DNA of 64,000 nt, taken from assembly GCA_947478395.1 (NCBI GenBank), contig CANJVR010000001.1:352001-416000 (forward strand), given 5' to 3'. Position 1 is the stretch's first letter; every line of letters begins with the position of its first letter. Below, one piece after another: positions 29,105 to 44,520 of this stretch. This stretch comes from Opitutia bacterium (GTDB lineage: Bacteria; Verrucomicrobiota; Verrucomicrobiia; Opitutales; Opitutaceae). A program made the position numbers and the translations under genes. Under the pieces are notes generated by a model. That model made no database searches and had not been told where the DNA came from. It worked only from the letters and a program-made list of their open reading frames with translations.

Positions 29105-29739
29105 CAGTTTTGACCTCCGGTGACGCGGGCGATGATCGCCTCGAGCGCCTTTGTGCTAACGATGATTTTTTTGTACTTCGCGAGATCGAGGGAATTGAGC
29201 TTCGCGGCTTCCTGCAGATAAACGCGGTCGATGTTGCGTGCGGCCCGGGCCGTTGCCGCCGTGAAGGGCGCGTCGACGAGAAGGACTTTGCCCGCGGGAG
29301 CGATGCGACCGAGGACGACGTTGACAGCTTTGGTCTTCGTGTCGGCAGCGGCGAACTGCTCGATGACCGCGATTTCGCCGGCGGACGCGCGATCAAAAAG
29401 AGCGCGGCTGAAAGCGAGAGCCTTCACCTTGGCGTTGATTTTCTTAGAGTAGTCTCGGGGCTTCGGGCCGAAGACGACACCACCGCCGACCCACAGGGGG
29501 GAGCGGATGGAACCGGCGCGAGCGCGGCCGGTGCCCTTCTGACGCCAAGGTTTCTTGCCGCCGCCGCGCACTTCGCCACGGGTTTTCGTCGAGTGGGTGC
29601 CTTGGCGGTTGTTGGCGTTGATAGCGACAATAACTTCCTTCAGCGCCTGAAGGCCCTTGTCGCCTTCAAACGTGGGAAGACCGTCGAAATCTTGTTCACG
29701 GCTGGTGGTGCCGTCGGAGCTAAATACAGTGAGTTTCAT
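29104..29739 (-). CDS. rplD: 50S ribosomal protein L4
   Basis: RQGTHSTKTRGEVRGGGKKPWRQKGTGRARAGSIRSP. Confidence 0.99.
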   Translation of the reverse strand: MKLTVFSSDGTTSREQDFDGLPTFEGDKGLQALKEVIVAINANNRQGTHSTKTRGEVRGGGKKPWRQKGTGRARAGSIRSPLWVGGGVVFGPKPRDYSKKINAKVKALAFSRALFDRASAGEIAVIEQFAAADTKTKAVNVVLGRIAPAGKVLLVDAPFTAATARAARNIDRVYLQEAAKLNSLDLAKYKKIIVSTKALEAIIARVTGGQN

Positions 29740-29756
29740 GGCTTCGATTCTCCGGG

Positions 29757-30407
29757 TTAGGCTTTGGTCTTGGGCTGGCCCTTGATCGCGGTACGGACCA
29801 CGACGTCGTCGCCATTGGCGCCGGGAATCGCACCCTTAACAAGGATGAGATTTTTGTCGGCGATGATTTTCACCACGCGGAGGTTTTGCACCGTCCGGGC
29901 TTCACTGCCCATGTGGCCGGGCATGGCTTGATTTTTCCAAGCGCGGCCGGGCGTCTGGCGCATACCGATCGAACCGATACGGCGGTGGAACATCGAACCG
30001 TGGGTGGCGGGACCGCCCGCGACGCGGAAGCGTTTCACCACGCCTTGAAAGCCTTTGCCCTTGGTGATCCCGCTGATATCGACGAGCTGCCCTTCGGTGA
30101 AGGCGGCTACAGTGACGACATCACCGACCTTCAGGGTCGGGGCGCCCGCGAGGCGAACCTCACTGAGCACGCGAGGAGCGACTTCGAGGCCGGCTTTCTG
30201 AGCGTGGCCGAGTTCGCCGGAGGCGGTGTTCTTTAGCTTCTTTTTGGAGAAGCCAATCTGGACGGCATTATAGCCGTCGTTTTCGAGAGTCTTGACCTGG
30301 ACCACTGAACAGGGTCCGGCTTCAACTACGGAGACGGGAACTAAGACGTTTTGAGCGTCGTAGACCTGCGTCATCCCGATTTTTTTGCCGAGGAGCGATG
30401 AGATCAT
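29757..30407 (-). CDS. rplC: 50S ribosomal protein L3
   Basis: GKKIGMTQ, KGKGFQGVVKR, MPGHMG, VKGAIPG. Confidence 0.99.
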   Translation of the reverse strand: MISSLLGKKIGMTQVYDAQNVLVPVSVVEAGPCSVVQVKTLENDGYNAVQIGFSKKKLKNTASGELGHAQKAGLEVAPRVLSEVRLAGAPTLKVGDVVTVAAFTEGQLVDISGITKGKGFQGVVKRFRVAGGPATHGSMFHRRIGSIGMRQTPGRAWKNQAMPGHMGSEARTVQNLRVVKIIADKNLILVKGAIPGANGDDVVVRTAIKGQPKTKA

Positions 30408-30515
30408 GGGCTAAGTGGTAGGTGGAGTAATCCGTTTGAACCTACATTAGTGGAAACCTGGCGGTGCCGCGAAGGCACACAGGCAGCTGCTAACGTTGGA
30501 AATTAAAGGTAAGTC

Positions 30516-30824
30516 TTAGACGTTGATGGTAATATCGACGCCAGAAGGCAGGTTGAGTTTCTTGAGTTCGTCCACGGTCTGCGCCGTGGGCTCAATAATA
30601 TCGATGAGGCGCTTGTGCGTGCGCGTCTCGAACTGCTCCATCGACTTCTTGTCGACGTGCGGCGAGCGATTCACGGAGAGCTTCTCAATACGGGTGGGCA
30701 AAGGAATGGGGCCGGACACGCGGGCGCCAGAGCGCTTAGCGGTTTCGACGATGTCCTGGGCCGACTGATCGATGACGCGATAGTCAAAGCCTTGGAGTTT
30801 GATGCGAATGCGTTGGCCTTTCAT
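30516..30824 (-). CDS. rpsJ: 30S ribosomal protein S10
   Basis: [28 protein letters not shown]. Confidence 0.99.
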   Translation of the reverse strand: MKGQRIRIKLQGFDYRVIDQSAQDIVETAKRSGARVSGPIPLPTRIEKLSVNRSPHVDKKSMEQFETRTHKRLIDIIEPTAQTVDELKKLNLPSGVDITINV

Positions 30825-30845
30825 GACGTAAAAAGAACGGTAGGT

Positions 30846-33032
30846 TTAGCTGCGGGCTGGGCCCTTGGCGTTGGTCTCGACAATCTTGGCGAGAAGAGAA
30901 TTCGGAACTTGTTCAAAGTGCGATGGCGTGATGCCCGCACTGGCGCGGCCCTTGGAGAGCGAGCGGATGTCGGTGACGTAGCCGAAAAGCAATTCGAGGG
31001 GCACGTGCGCGGTGATGACGCAGGCGCCGGCCTTGTTTTCCATCCCTTGGATCTGGCCGCGGCGACGGTTGATATCGCCCATCAAATCTCCCTGATATTC
31101 TTCCGGGGTCGTGACTTCGACCGCCATGATCGGTTCGAGGAGGATCGGATTCGCCTTTTTCATTGCATCCTTGAAGGCGAAAATGCCGGCCATCTTGAAC
31201 GCAAGTTCGGACGAGTCGACCTCGTGGAACGAGCCGTCGACGATACGGATGATCGCATCGACAACCGGAAAACCAGCAACCACTCCGTTGTTCGTGCCCT
31301 CACGAATACCTTCTGTCGCGGGCTTGATGAATTCCTTCGGAATCGAACCACCGACGGTCTCGTTGATGATCTCCACGCCTTTGCCTTTTACGTTCGGCTC
31401 AAGCTTGATGACAACGTGCCCGTATTGGCCCTTACCGCCCGACTGACGGATGAATTTACCTTCGCCATCGGCGCCCTTGAGGACCGTTTCGCGGTAAGCG
31501 ATTTGCGGTTTCCCCGAGGTCGCCTCGACCTTGAACTCGCGCTTCATCCGATCGATGATGATCTCAAGGTGGAGTTCACCCATGCCGGCGAGAATAGTTT
31601 GACCGGTGTCCGTGTCAGTTTTGACGCGCAGGGTGGGATCTTCGGCGACCAAGCGCTGGAGCGCGACACCGAGCTTCTCTTGATCCGCCTTCGAGTTAGG
31701 CTCGATTGACATCGAGATAACGGGCTCTGGGAAAGACGGTGGCTCGAGACGGATATCGAAATCCTCGTCGCACAGCGTATCGCCCGTGATGACGTCCTTG
31801 ATTCCGACCACCGCACAGATATCCCCGGCGTAGGCGACTTCGATTTCCTCGCGCTCAATGGCGCGCATCAGCACAAGGCGCGAAACGCGCTCTGAGCGGC
31901 GGGTGCGCGGATTGTAGAGCGACATGCCACGCATGAGCTGGCCGGTGTAAACACGGTAGAAAACCAGACGACCGACGAATGGATCGTTCCAAAGCTTAAA
32001 GGCCAGACCGGCGAGCTTGGCTTTATCGTTGACGACCGCCTCGACTGGCTGGCCATCGCTATCCTGGCCGTGCATCGGCGGAACGTCGATCGGGCTTGGG
32101 AGGTAATTGACGACGCAATCAAGGAGACGCTGGACGCCCTTCTTCTTGAAGGCTGAACCGGGAAACACACCGGTAAATTGAAGCGAAATCGTAGCTTTGC
32201 GGACGGCGAGCAGCAACTCGTCGACGCTGATCGCTTCGCCATTCAGGTATTTCTCAGCGAGGACGTCATCGAAATCGGAAACCGCCTCAATGAGCTTCTC
32301 GCGGTATTCCTTCGCCTGGGCCTTCATGGCGTCAGGGATTTCGATCGTTGTCGGCTTCATGCCGAGCGGATCAGCTGGGTTTTCGTCGAAAGAATAAGCG
32401 ACGTTTTGGACCAAATCGACGAGACCGGTGAAATTTTCCTCGGCGCCTATCGGCAGGTAGAGAGCGTGGGCGTTAGCCTTAAGCTTCGTCCGGATGTCGT
32501 CGATACAGCGGAAGAAATTCGCGCCGACACGGTCCATCTTGTTGATGAACGCGATGCGCGGAACCTTATACTTGTTGGCCTGACGCCAAACTGTCTCGGA
32601 TTGAGGCTGCACTCCAGCCACCGCATCGAAAACCGCAACTGCACCGTCAAGGACGCGCAGAGAACGCTCGACCTCGGCCGTGAAATCCACGTGTCCGGGA
32701 GTGTCGATGATGTTGATACGTTGCTTGATTCCTTTCCAGGGCCCCCAAGAGGCATTCCACGCGCAAGAAATAGCGGCCGCGGTGATCGTGATGCCACGCT
32801 CGCGTTCCTGTTCCATCCAGTCGGTCACCGTAGTGCCCTCATGGACCTCGCCCATCTTATGCACGGCACCCGAGTAGAAAAGAATACGCTCGGTCGTCGT
32901 CGTCTTGCCCGCATCGATGTGCGCGGCGATGCCGATATTGCGCGTCCACTCAAGCGGGAACGGGCGATCTTTGGAGTTGACCGGCGAAACTTTCGCCTTG
33001 TCGGTAACGATAGTGATGGACGATGTAGCCAC
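30846..33032 (-). CDS. fusA: Elongation factor G
   Basis: AHIDAGKTT, RGITI, DTPGHVDF, NKMD, GMGELHLE; probable GTG start at 33032. Confidence 0.98.
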   Translation of the reverse strand: MATSSITIVTDKAKVSPVNSKDRPFPLEWTRNIGIAAHIDAGKTTTTERILFYSGAVHKMGEVHEGTTVTDWMEQERERGITITAAAISCAWNASWGPWKGIKQRINIIDTPGHVDFTAEVERSLRVLDGAVAVFDAVAGVQPQSETVWRQANKYKVPRIAFINKMDRVGANFFRCIDDIRTKLKANAHALYLPIGAEENFTGLVDLVQNVAYSFDENPADPLGMKPTTIEIPDAMKAQAKEYREKLIEAVSDFDDVLAEKYLNGEAISVDELLLAVRKATISLQFTGVFPGSAFKKKGVQRLLDCVVNYLPSPIDVPPMHGQDSDGQPVEAVVNDKAKLAGLAFKLWNDPFVGRLVFYRVYTGQLMRGMSLYNPRTRRSERVSRLVLMRAIEREEIEVAYAGDICAVVGIKDVITGDTLCDEDFDIRLEPPSFPEPVISMSIEPNSKADQEKLGVALQRLVAEDPTLRVKTDTDTGQTILAGMGELHLEIIIDRMKREFKVEATSGKPQIAYRETVLKGADGEGKFIRQSGGKGQYGHVVIKLEPNVKGKGVEIINETVGGSIPKEFIKPATEGIREGTNNGVVAGFPVVDAIIRIVDGSFHEVDSSELAFKMAGIFAFKDAMKKANPILLEPIMAVEVTTPEEYQGDLMGDINRRRGQIQGMENKAGACVITAHVPLELLFGYVTDIRSLSKGRASAGITPSHFEQVPNSLLAKIVETNAKGPARS

Positions 33033-33066
33033 GGCGGTCAGGTGCAGGGAGAAACCGAAGGAAAAA

Positions 33067-33540
33067 TTACCAGCGAAGATGAGCGAACGCACGATTGGCC
33101 TGCGCCATCTTGTGCGTGTCTTCCTTCTTCTTAACGACTGAGCCGGTGTTATTGTAGGCGTCGATGATTTCGGCGGCCAAGGCATCCTTCATGGGAAGGC
33201 CCTTTCTCGAGCCGGCGGCGTCGACGATCCAACGCAACGCGAGACTCTCCTGACGTTCGAACGAAATTTCGATTGGTACCTGATAGGTCGCACCGCCAAC
33301 GCGGCGGCTCTTGACTTCCAGACGGGGGCGGGCGTTTTCCAACGCACCCAACATCAAATCCACCGGGTCTCCCTTTTCCAATTTTTCGGAGACCTTTTCG
33401 AACGCGCCGTATACGATGCGTTGGGCAATGTTCTTCTTGCCGCTCTTCATGATCACATTGACCAAGTGGGCGACGAGCGGGCTGTTGTAGCGGGCATCCG
33501 GCTCGACGTGACGTTTTGTAGCTCTGTGGCGACGGGACAT
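33067..33540 (-). CDS. rpsG: 30S ribosomal protein S7
   Basis: [27 protein letters not shown]. Confidence 0.99.
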   Translation of the reverse strand: MSRRHRATKRHVEPDARYNSPLVAHLVNVIMKSGKKNIAQRIVYGAFEKVSEKLEKGDPVDLMLGALENARPRLEVKSRRVGGATYQVPIEISFERQESLALRWIVDAAGSRKGLPMKDALAAEIIDAYNNTGSVVKKKEDTHKMAQANRAFAHLRW

Positions 33541-33563
33541 GGTACGGGTATTCCTCGGTAAAA

Positions 33564-33947
33564 TTATTTCTTAGCAACCTTCGGACGTTTCACCCCGTAC
33601 TTTGAACGGCTGCGACGACGCTTCTCAACGCCAGTGGCATCGAGGGTGCCGCGCACGATGTGATAGCGAACGCCTGGCAAATCCTTCACGCGGCCACCTC
33701 GGACGAGCACAATTGAGTGCTCTTGGAGATTATGGCCTTCGTCCGGGATGTAGGAGATCACTTCGTTGCCATTGGTGAGCCGAACCTTCGCCACCTTACG
33801 GATGGCGGAATTGGGCTTCTTCGGCGTGCGGGTCATGACCTGCACGCACACGCCACGCCGAAACGGATTACCCATCAAAGCGGGTGACTTTGACTTTGCG
33901 CGCACGGCGCGACGGCCTTTGCGCACGAGTTGGTTGATGGTCGGCAT
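33564..33947 (-). CDS. rpsL: 30S ribosomal protein S12
   Basis: [32 protein letters not shown]. Confidence 0.99.
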   Translation of the reverse strand: MPTINQLVRKGRRAVRAKSKSPALMGNPFRRGVCVQVMTRTPKKPNSAIRKVAKVRLTNGNEVISYIPDEGHNLQEHSIVLVRGGRVKDLPGVRYHIVRGTLDATGVEKRRRSRSKYGVKRPKVAKK

Positions 33948-33983
33948 ACGAAGATTAGAGTGAGAATTTGAGAAAAGAGGTGG

Positions 33984-34011
33984 AAGCTACCATTCACGAA
34001 ATCCGCGGCAA
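33984..34011 (-). promoter_or_regulatory. Putative sigma70 promoter of the str/S10 superoperon
   Basis: Minus strand TTGCCG-16 nt-TAGCTT with extended -10 TG, ~36 nt upstream of rpsL. Confidence 0.55.
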
Positions 34012-34223
34012 GAACTTTCTGGCGAAAAGTAAGAATTGTCGCGAAGTCCGTTTTATCGGTCTGTGCCAGGCGGGAAAAACTCGTTCCAACTTTCATCGCG
34101 ATCTCCTGCGGCTCAGGTATAGGTCACGCTTCAACTCGTGCAAATCCACGACGCTCTCATCGACGGTTGCAGTTCGGCCACGCCCCAGTTGCGTTTAGCT
34201 TAATGGCTGTCAGGTCAACCCGA

Positions 34224-35573
34224 ATGCGGTCTCCTAAGCGCGTCGCTGCTTTTTCGCTCTACGTCTGCGTGAGTTTCGCCGGGTGCACGTCGGACCACGC
34301 GCTACAAAGTTCAGCGATTCATCGGCGCGCTATGCCCACGATTAATCCACCCCCGACCACGTTAGCTCCGGCGGAATCCGAAAGTGAATTACTGGCCCGT
34401 GCCTCACGCCTCGCATTGAGCGGAGATTTTCCGACAGCGTTGAGCGCTCTGAGTGTCCATCGTACAGCCACGGAAAGCGGGCGGTTGGAAATCGGCCTCG
34501 TCACTGGGCTCGCAGCCACAAAGCCAACCGTCGCAGCCAGGGTTGCTGTTGCCCTGCCCTCTGGCCCGACGCAGACCGCCGCATTCGAAATTGTAGCTCG
34601 AGCGCTCGTGACGCAAAATCCTTCGGCGGCGACCGAATGGGCTTTGCAGTATTCCGATTCGGTGCTGGCGCCGGCGATACGCCAAGCAATTGGGTGGGAA
34701 TTGGGGCGCGAAAGCGCCCACGCCAACTTCGCCCGAATCAAGCTCCTCCCCGCTTCACCGGCCCGTAATCATCTGCTCGGGGAAACGGTCGCAGGATGGG
34801 CCAGCTACGAGGAGAATGCCCCTCTTTCGGCGGTCGATGATTTTCCGGATGGCGAGCTCCGTAAGAATCTCACCACTCGCGTCGCTTTTCAAATTGCGCA
34901 GCGCGATCCCTTGCGGGCTCTCACGGTCGCCGCATCGCTGCCGGCTGGGCGCGATCGCTGGATAATTTTTTCGGCCGCGGCCCAGACTTGGATTGCACTT
35001 GATCCTTCGGCTGCGATGGCGTGGGCCCAGGGATTGCCGGCCGGAGCGGCCCGCGATGCTGCGTTCGCTGGCATCGACACCGGATTAGGTGGAGCGGCCC
35101 GGCGCCCGGCTAGCGTCGCCCCTCGCCTCAGCACCGGACGATCGCCAGTCATCGGAGGAAGTACAGCGACTGCCATCATCGCCGAATCCGAAACCAGCAT
35201 ACCCTCCTTCGCCAACTGGCTCGCCACGCAGTCTCGCCCCATGACCCGCGACGAGGCGGTCTTGGAATTCATCCGACAGCGCGGGGCGACCGACGCCGGC
35301 GCAATCGGGAATTGGATCACCACGTTGCCCGGCGGAACCACCCGTCAACAAGCGATCGAGATATATTTCGATCAATTGCTGCGCTCTTCTCCCTCTGCGG
35401 CGGCAGACTGGCTGCGCACGATTCCGGGCGAAGACCGCCATGACGACATGATCGAGCGCACCGTCCGCCAGTGGCTTCAAACTGATCCGCGCTCCGCGGA
35501 AATCTGGCTGCGCGACTCCCCTATTCCCGCCCATCGCAGAGAGGAATTGTTGAGAAACGTTCCTCGGCTATGA
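34224..35573 (+). CDS. Putative lipoprotein with ~32-aa alpha-helical repeats
   Basis: MRSPKRVAAFSLYVCVSFAG-C lipobox; repeats such as NPSAATEW, DPLRALTVAASLPAG, DPSAAMAWAQGLPAGAARDAA, SPSAAADWLRTIPG, DPRSAEIWL; start uncertain (34203/34224). Confidence 0.75.
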   Translation: MRSPKRVAAFSLYVCVSFAGCTSDHALQSSAIHRRAMPTINPPPTTLAPAESESELLARASRLALSGDFPTALSALSVHRTATESGRLEIGLVTGLAATKPTVAARVAVALPSGPTQTAAFEIVARALVTQNPSAATEWALQYSDSVLAPAIRQAIGWELGRESAHANFARIKLLPASPARNHLLGETVAGWASYEENAPLSAVDDFPDGELRKNLTTRVAFQIAQRDPLRALTVAASLPAGRDRWIIFSAAAQTWIALDPSAAMAWAQGLPAGAARDAAFAGIDTGLGGAARRPASVAPRLSTGRSPVIGGSTATAIIAESETSIPSFANWLATQSRPMTRDEAVLEFIRQRGATDAGAIGNWITTLPGGTTRQQAIEIYFDQLLRSSPSAAADWLRTIPGEDRHDDMIERTVRQWLQTDPRSAEIWLRDSPIPAHRREELLRNVPRL

Positions 35574-35941
35574 ATTACACGGCGGCGCAGAACCGACGGT
35601 AAACAAGCTCAACCAACCCCGCCCTGTTCCGCCCTTTTCTTAGAGGAAACCCGGTTCGGTTCCTCTCGAGCGAAGAATGGCGCCGGACTGATTGCCCCCT
35701 GCAGCCGCAACAATGCAGTCGAAATCGCAGCGGAGCTGCTCGCTCCCAAGCGCGAAAGCGTCCGCCAGCGGACCGGCCTTTGAAGTCACCGAAGCAGGAA
35801 GAGCGCTGAGGGCCCTTCCTTTTCGACGGCATCGGTTCGGCTCAAGACGGGTGGCGCACAGCCCGCATGCGGCAAACTCAAGGTCTTGAGCCTGCCGAAA
35901 GGCGTTGGGTTGTGTCCGGCTATTTTGAGAGGCCTATAAAT

Positions 35942-35971
35942 AAAAAGCCGCGGACTTTCGTCCGCGGCTTT
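35942..35971. terminator. Intrinsic terminator after rpoC (likely bidirectional)
   Basis: AAAAAGCCGCGGA-CTTTCG-TCCGCGGCTTT between convergent genes. Confidence 0.88.
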
Positions 35972-35995
35972 GAAACTGATTTTCGCCCGAGCTGA

Positions 35996-38900
35996 TTAGC
36001 TCGCGCTGGCTTCGGCCGGCTTTTCTTCCTCGACGGGTAGATCGGCGCCGAAGGGCAAGCTGATCTTGAGCTTCTTGTAGCGCGGCAGGCCTGTGCCCGC
36101 CGGGATCAAGTGACCCATGATCACGTTTTCCTTGAAGCCGCGGAGCATATCCACCTTGCCCAAGGTCGACGCATCCGTGAGGACGCGGGTCGTCTCTTGG
36201 AACGAAGCGGCCGAGATGAAGCTCTCGGTTTCGAGCGAAGCCTTGGTGATGCCAAGGAGAATCGGCTCGGCTTCGGCGGGCTTGCCACCGGCTTCCTCGA
36301 TCCGACGATTGTCGAGAAGGAACGCAGCGCGGTCGACCTGCTCGCCCCAGAAGTATTCGCTGTCGCCCGGATCGGTGATCCGAACTTTGCGCAACATCTG
36401 GCGGATGATGATCTCGATATGCTTGTCGTTAATCGTCACGCCTTGGAGACGATAAACTTCCTGCACCTGCGAAATCAGGAAGTCGTAGAGGGCAGACGGC
36501 CCGAGAATTTCCAAGATCTCGTGCGGGTCGGCGGAGCCTTCCGTGAGATGCTGGCCCTTGTGGACGACGTCGCCGGGTTGCACGATGATGTGCTTGCCGG
36601 TCGGGATGAGATGTTCCTCTTCCTGCGCGGTCTCTTCGTTTTTGACGACGAGCTTGCGCTTGCCACGGACGGTGCCTTCGAAGGCGACGACGCCATCGAT
36701 GCGGGCCATCTCGGCGGCATCCTTCGGACGCCGGGCTTCGAAAAGCTCGGCGACGCGGGGAAGACCACCGGTGATGTCCTTCGTCTTCGACGCCTGACGC
36801 GGAGTCTTGGCGAGGAGGGCGCCGGGGGCGATCGTGTCGCCCTCGTTGACCGAGATCTGCGCGCCGACGGGGATCGAATAGGACGCGAGCGGCTTGTTCT
36901 TGGAGTCGCGCACCTCGACCTGAGGATTGAGATCTTCCTTATGCTCGATAACGACCGTGGCGATGCGGCCCGACGATTCGTCGAGTTCGCGTTTCACGGT
37001 GACGCCGGGGATCATGTCCTTGAAGTGCAGCGTGCCGCCCTTTTCAGAGAGCACGGGAACGTTGTAAGGATCCCACTGCGCGAGGATTTCGCCCTTGGCG
37101 ATCTTTGCGCCATCGCCGACGTGAAGGAATGAACCGACCACGATGTTGTAGTTTTCGACTTCCTTACCCTCTTCGTCGATAACTTGGATTGTGCCGGTCT
37201 TGTTGAGGACGATGTTGCCACCCTCCGCGGTCTGCACGAGACGCAGGCCCTTGTATTTGATAACGCCGGCGCCACGGACGCGGATTTCAGGAGTCTTGAA
37301 TCCGCCAGAGGCGACACCACCGATGTGGAAGGTGCGCATCGTGAGCTGTGTGCCGGGTTCGCCGATCGACTGCGCGGCGATGATGCCGACGGAGTCACCG
37401 ATCTTGGCAACGCGGCTCGTGGCGGGATTGATGCCGTACGATTTCGCGTCGATGCCGGCCGGGCTCGTGCAAGTGAGCGGGGACATGACTTTGACGCGCT
37501 CGATGCCGACGTCGTCGATCTTGGAAGCGGCTTCCTCGGTGATGAGGTCGCCAGAGCCCACGATGAGTTCAGAGGGATTGAGCGGGTTGTACACGTCGTC
37601 GCTGGAGCAACGGCCGATGAGGCGCTCCTTGAGGGCGACGATTTCGTCGTCGCCTTCGAAGATCGCTTTCTTCCAGACACCATCGCGGGCGCCGGAGTCG
37701 TCTTCGCAGATGATGACGTCCATGGCGACGTCACACAATTTGCGCGTGAGGTAGCCAGCGTCCGCGGTCTTGAGCGCGGTGTCGGCGAGTCCCTTGCGGG
37801 CGCCGTGGGTTGAGATGAAGTATTCGAGGACGGTGAGACCCTCGCGGAACGAGGATAGAATCGGACGCTCGATGATTTCGCCCGATGGCTTGGCCATCAA
37901 ACCGCGGGCGCCGCACAGCTGGCGGACCTGCTGTTTGTTACCACGCGCACCAGAATCCATCATGATGTAAACTGGGTTTACCTCGGTCTTGCCTTCGTTG
38001 GTTTCGAGTTTGGCGAAAACCTCCTTGGCAATGCGGTCCGTGGCGTTGGTCCAGATGTCGACGACCTTGTTGTAGCGTTCGCCGTCCGTGATGATACCCT
38101 TGTTGAACTGGGCCTCGACCTCGGTGATTTTCTTCCGTGAATCGATCACGATGTCCTTCTTCGATTCGGGGATGATCATGTCATCGATACCGATCGAGAT
38201 GCCGGCTTGGAATGCGGTTTGGAAACCGAGCTCCTTCAGCTTGTCCAGCATCTCCACCGTCACGAGGTGACCGGCGGATTTGTAGGTATTGAGGATGAGG
38301 TCGCCCAACTTGGCCTTCGGCACCGGGAAGTTGATAAAGCCGAGTTCTACCGGCCAGATCTGGTTGAAGATCACGCGGCCGACGGTGGAACGGAGAATCT
38401 TTTTCTCCTTATTACCGTAGACCGTGTCGCGCCCAAAATCGGGATTCGGGACATCGACCCAATCGTGCATCTTGAACGCGCCATCCGCCTTAGCGTACAG
38501 CACTTCTTGAAGTCCGCTAACGAGGGGAACGCGGGTGCCCTTTTCGGCCTTCTTGCGGGGCTCGATGGTGAGATAGTAAGCGCCGAGGACGATGTCCTGC
38601 GACGGCGTGAGGATAGGCTTGCCCGAGGACGGCGAGAAAATGTTATTCGTCGCCATCATCAGTAGCTTGCACTCAAGGATGGCCTCGAGCGAAAGCGGCA
38701 CGTGCACCGCCATCTGGTCACCGTCGAAGTCCGCATTGTAAGCGGTACAAACGAGCGGGTGAACGCGGATGGCCTCGCCCTCGATCAGAACTGGCTCGAA
38801 CGCCTGGATCGACAAACGGTGAAGCGTCGGCGCGCGATTGAGCAGCACCGGGTGTCCCTTGGTGACTTCCTCGAGGATGTCCCAGACTTCCGGCGACTTC

Positions 38901-40132
38901 TTCTCGATCATCTTGCGCGCACCGCGGACGGTGTGCACGAAGCCGAGTTCCTTGAGGCGGCGAATGATGAACGGCTCGAAGAGCACGAGCGCCATTTTCT
39001 TCGGCAGACCACACTGGTGGAGCTTAAGCTCCGGACCGATGACGATGACCGAACGGCCGGAGTAATCGACGCGCTTGCCGAGCAAGTTCTGGCGGAAACG
39101 ACCCTGTTTACCCTTGAGCATATCGCTCAAAGATTTAAGCGGACGATTGCCGGCGCCTGTTACAGGACGGCCGTGGCGGCCGTTGTCGAAGAGCGCATCG
39201 ACGGCCTCTTGCAGCATGCGCTTTTCGTTATGGATGATAACGTCGGGCGTTTTCAGCTGCATCAGGTTTTTCAACCGGTTGTTGCGGTTGATGACGCGGC
39301 GATAGAGATCGTTGAGATCGGAAGTCGCGAAACGCCCCCCCTCGAGGGGAACGAGCGGACGCAAGTCGGGCGGGATAACCGGCAGCACTTCGAGCACCAT
39401 CCACTCCGGACGGGAGTTCGAGTGAATGAAGCCTTGGATGACCTTCAGACGCTTCGAGAGCTTCTTCTTGATCTGCTTCGATTTTGTCGCGCGCATCTGC
39501 TCGTGCAGCTCGGCGACCGTCGCTTCCATGTCCGTTTTGACGAGAGCGTCACGGACCGCTTCGGCACCCATCTTGGCGACAAAGGAGTCGGCGCCGTATT
39601 CATCGAGCGCCTGGCGGTACTCGGTGTCAGTGAGAAGCTGCTTCAGTTCGAGCGGGGTCTTGCCCGGATCGATCACCATGTAGTTCTCGTAGTAGATCAC
39701 GCGCTCGAGCGAACGCGCGGTCATATCGAGCAGCAGGCCGAGGCGGCTAGGCATCGACTTCAAGAACCAGATGTGGGTGACCGGCACGGCCATTTCGATA
39801 TGGCCCATACGTTCGCGACGGACGCGAGCGATCGTCACTTCGACGCCGCAGCGATCGCACACGACGTCCTTATATTTGATGCGTTTGTATTTTCCGCAGG
39901 CGCACTCGTAATCGCGCACCGGACCAAAAATCTTCTGGCAGAAGAGACCGCCCGGCTCGGGCTTGAAGGTGCGGTAATTGATCGTTTCCGGATTCTTTAC
40001 TTCGCCCTTAGACCATTTGCGGATGGTCTCGGGTGAAGCGACGGAGATGGAGACGCAGTCGAACGGGCTCTCTTCGAGTCCCAGTGCGGCGCGCGCTTCG
40101 GTGGAGGCGGCGGTATCGGCGGGTTGAATCAT
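35996..40132 (-). CDS. rpoC: RNA polymerase subunit beta'
   Basis: NADFDGD catalytic motif, N-terminal Zn finger, [13 protein letters not shown]. Confidence 0.99.
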   Translation of the reverse strand: MIQPADTAASTEARAALGLEESPFDCVSISVASPETIRKWSKGEVKNPETINYRTFKPEPGGLFCQKIFGPVRDYECACGKYKRIKYKDVVCDRCGVEVTIARVRRERMGHIEMAVPVTHIWFLKSMPSRLGLLLDMTARSLERVIYYENYMVIDPGKTPLELKQLLTDTEYRQALDEYGADSFVAKMGAEAVRDALVKTDMEATVAELHEQMRATKSKQIKKKLSKRLKVIQGFIHSNSRPEWMVLEVLPVIPPDLRPLVPLEGGRFATSDLNDLYRRVINRNNRLKNLMQLKTPDVIIHNEKRMLQEAVDALFDNGRHGRPVTGAGNRPLKSLSDMLKGKQGRFRQNLLGKRVDYSGRSVIVIGPELKLHQCGLPKKMALVLFEPFIIRRLKELGFVHTVRGARKMIEKKSPEVWDILEEVTKGHPVLLNRAPTLHRLSIQAFEPVLIEGEAIRVHPLVCTAYNADFDGDQMAVHVPLSLEAILECKLLMMATNNIFSPSSGKPILTPSQDIVLGAYYLTIEPRKKAEKGTRVPLVSGLQEVLYAKADGAFKMHDWVDVPNPDFGRDTVYGNKEKKILRSTVGRVIFNQIWPVELGFINFPVPKAKLGDLILNTYKSAGHLVTVEMLDKLKELGFQTAFQAGISIGIDDMIIPESKKDIVIDSRKKITEVEAQFNKGIITDGERYNKVVDIWTNATDRIAKEVFAKLETNEGKTEVNPVYIMMDSGARGNKQQVRQLCGARGLMAKPSGEIIERPILSSFREGLTVLEYFISTHGARKGLADTALKTADAGYLTRKLCDVAMDVIICEDDSGARDGVWKKAIFEGDDEIVALKERLIGRCSSDDVYNPLNPSELIVGSGDLITEEAASKIDDVGIERVKVMSPLTCTSPAGIDAKSYGINPATSRVAKIGDSVGIIAAQSIGEPGTQLTMRTFHIGGVASGGFKTPEIRVRGAGVIKYKGLRLVQTAEGGNIVLNKTGTIQVIDEEGKEVENYNIVVGSFLHVGDGAKIAKGEILAQWDPYNVPVLSEKGGTLHFKDMIPGVTVKRELDESSGRIATVVIEHKEDLNPQVEVRDSKNKPLASYSIPVGAQISVNEGDTIAPGALLAKTPRQASKTKDITGGLPRVAELFEARRPKDAAEMARIDGVVAFEGTVRGKRKLVVKNEETAQEEEHLIPTGKHIIVQPGDVVHKGQHLTEGSADPHEILEILGPSALYDFLISQVQEVYRLQGVTINDKHIEIIIRQMLRKVRITDPGDSEYFWGEQVDRAAFLLDNRRIEEAGGKPAEAEPILLGITKASLETESFISAASFQETTRVLTDASTLGKVDMLRGFKENVIMGHLIPAGTGLPRYKKLKISLPFGADLPVEEEKPAEASAS

Positions 40133-40184
40133 GGGATGGCTCCTAGTTTCTGTTTAATAAAGTGAACGGGACTCGGACCACGGC

Positions 40185-43964
<3,780 letters not shown>

Positions 43965-44052
43965 GGGAATATCCGGTCAGAGGTGAGGGACGAAATGGAC
44001 AAAAATGCCGCGCAATCAGAGCGCGCAGCGAGAACCTAACGAAAGAACAATG

Positions 44053-44093
44053 AAAAAACCAAAGGACAGGCCGCGCAGCGCACGGCCTGTCCT
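44053..44093 (-). terminator. Terminator/attenuator between rplL and rpoB
   Basis: mRNA AGGACAGGCC...GGCCTGTCCT followed by TTGGTTTTTT. Confidence 0.75.
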
Positions 44094-44132
44094 GAAGATT
44101 TGCGATGAAGTACGAACCGATCTGCCAAGTGA

Positions 44133-44513
44133 TTACTTGAGCTCGACCTTCGCGCCAGCGGCTTCGAGTTTCTTCTTGATATCCTCGGCTTCGACCTTGT
44201 TGACGCCCTCCTTGACATTCTTCGGAGCGGCCTCGACGAGATCCTTGGCCTCCTTGAGGCCGAGACCCGTGATAGCACGGACTTCTTTAATGACGCCGAT
44301 CTTGTTCGCGCCGGCCTCCTTGAGGACGACGGTGAACTCAGTCTTCTCTTCGACGACGGCGGCAGGGCCAGCAGCGGCAGCAGGGCCAGCAGCGGCAGCA
44401 GCAGCGGCGGAAACGCCCCATTTGCCTTCGAGATCTTTGACGAGGGCGGCGAGATCCAGCACGGTCTGCGCGGACAGCCACTCGATAACTTGGTCTTTGG
44501 TAATATTGCTCAT
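44133..44513 (-). CDS. rplL: 50S ribosomal protein L7/L12
   Basis: [34 protein letters not shown]. Confidence 0.99.
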   Translation of the reverse strand: MSNITKDQVIEWLSAQTVLDLAALVKDLEGKWGVSAAAAAAAGPAAAAGPAAVVEEKTEFTVVLKEAGANKIGVIKEVRAITGLGLKEAKDLVEAAPKNVKEGVNKVEAEDIKKKLEAAGAKVELK

Positions 44514-44520
44514 GGTGATT

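Noticed and set aside
33564..33947. Streptomycin-resistance alleles in rpsL
   Set aside because: PKKPNS and RVKDLPG lysines are wild type.
44362..44410. Direct repeat inside rplL
   Set aside because: Encodes the ordinary Ala/Gly/Pro hinge of L7/L12.
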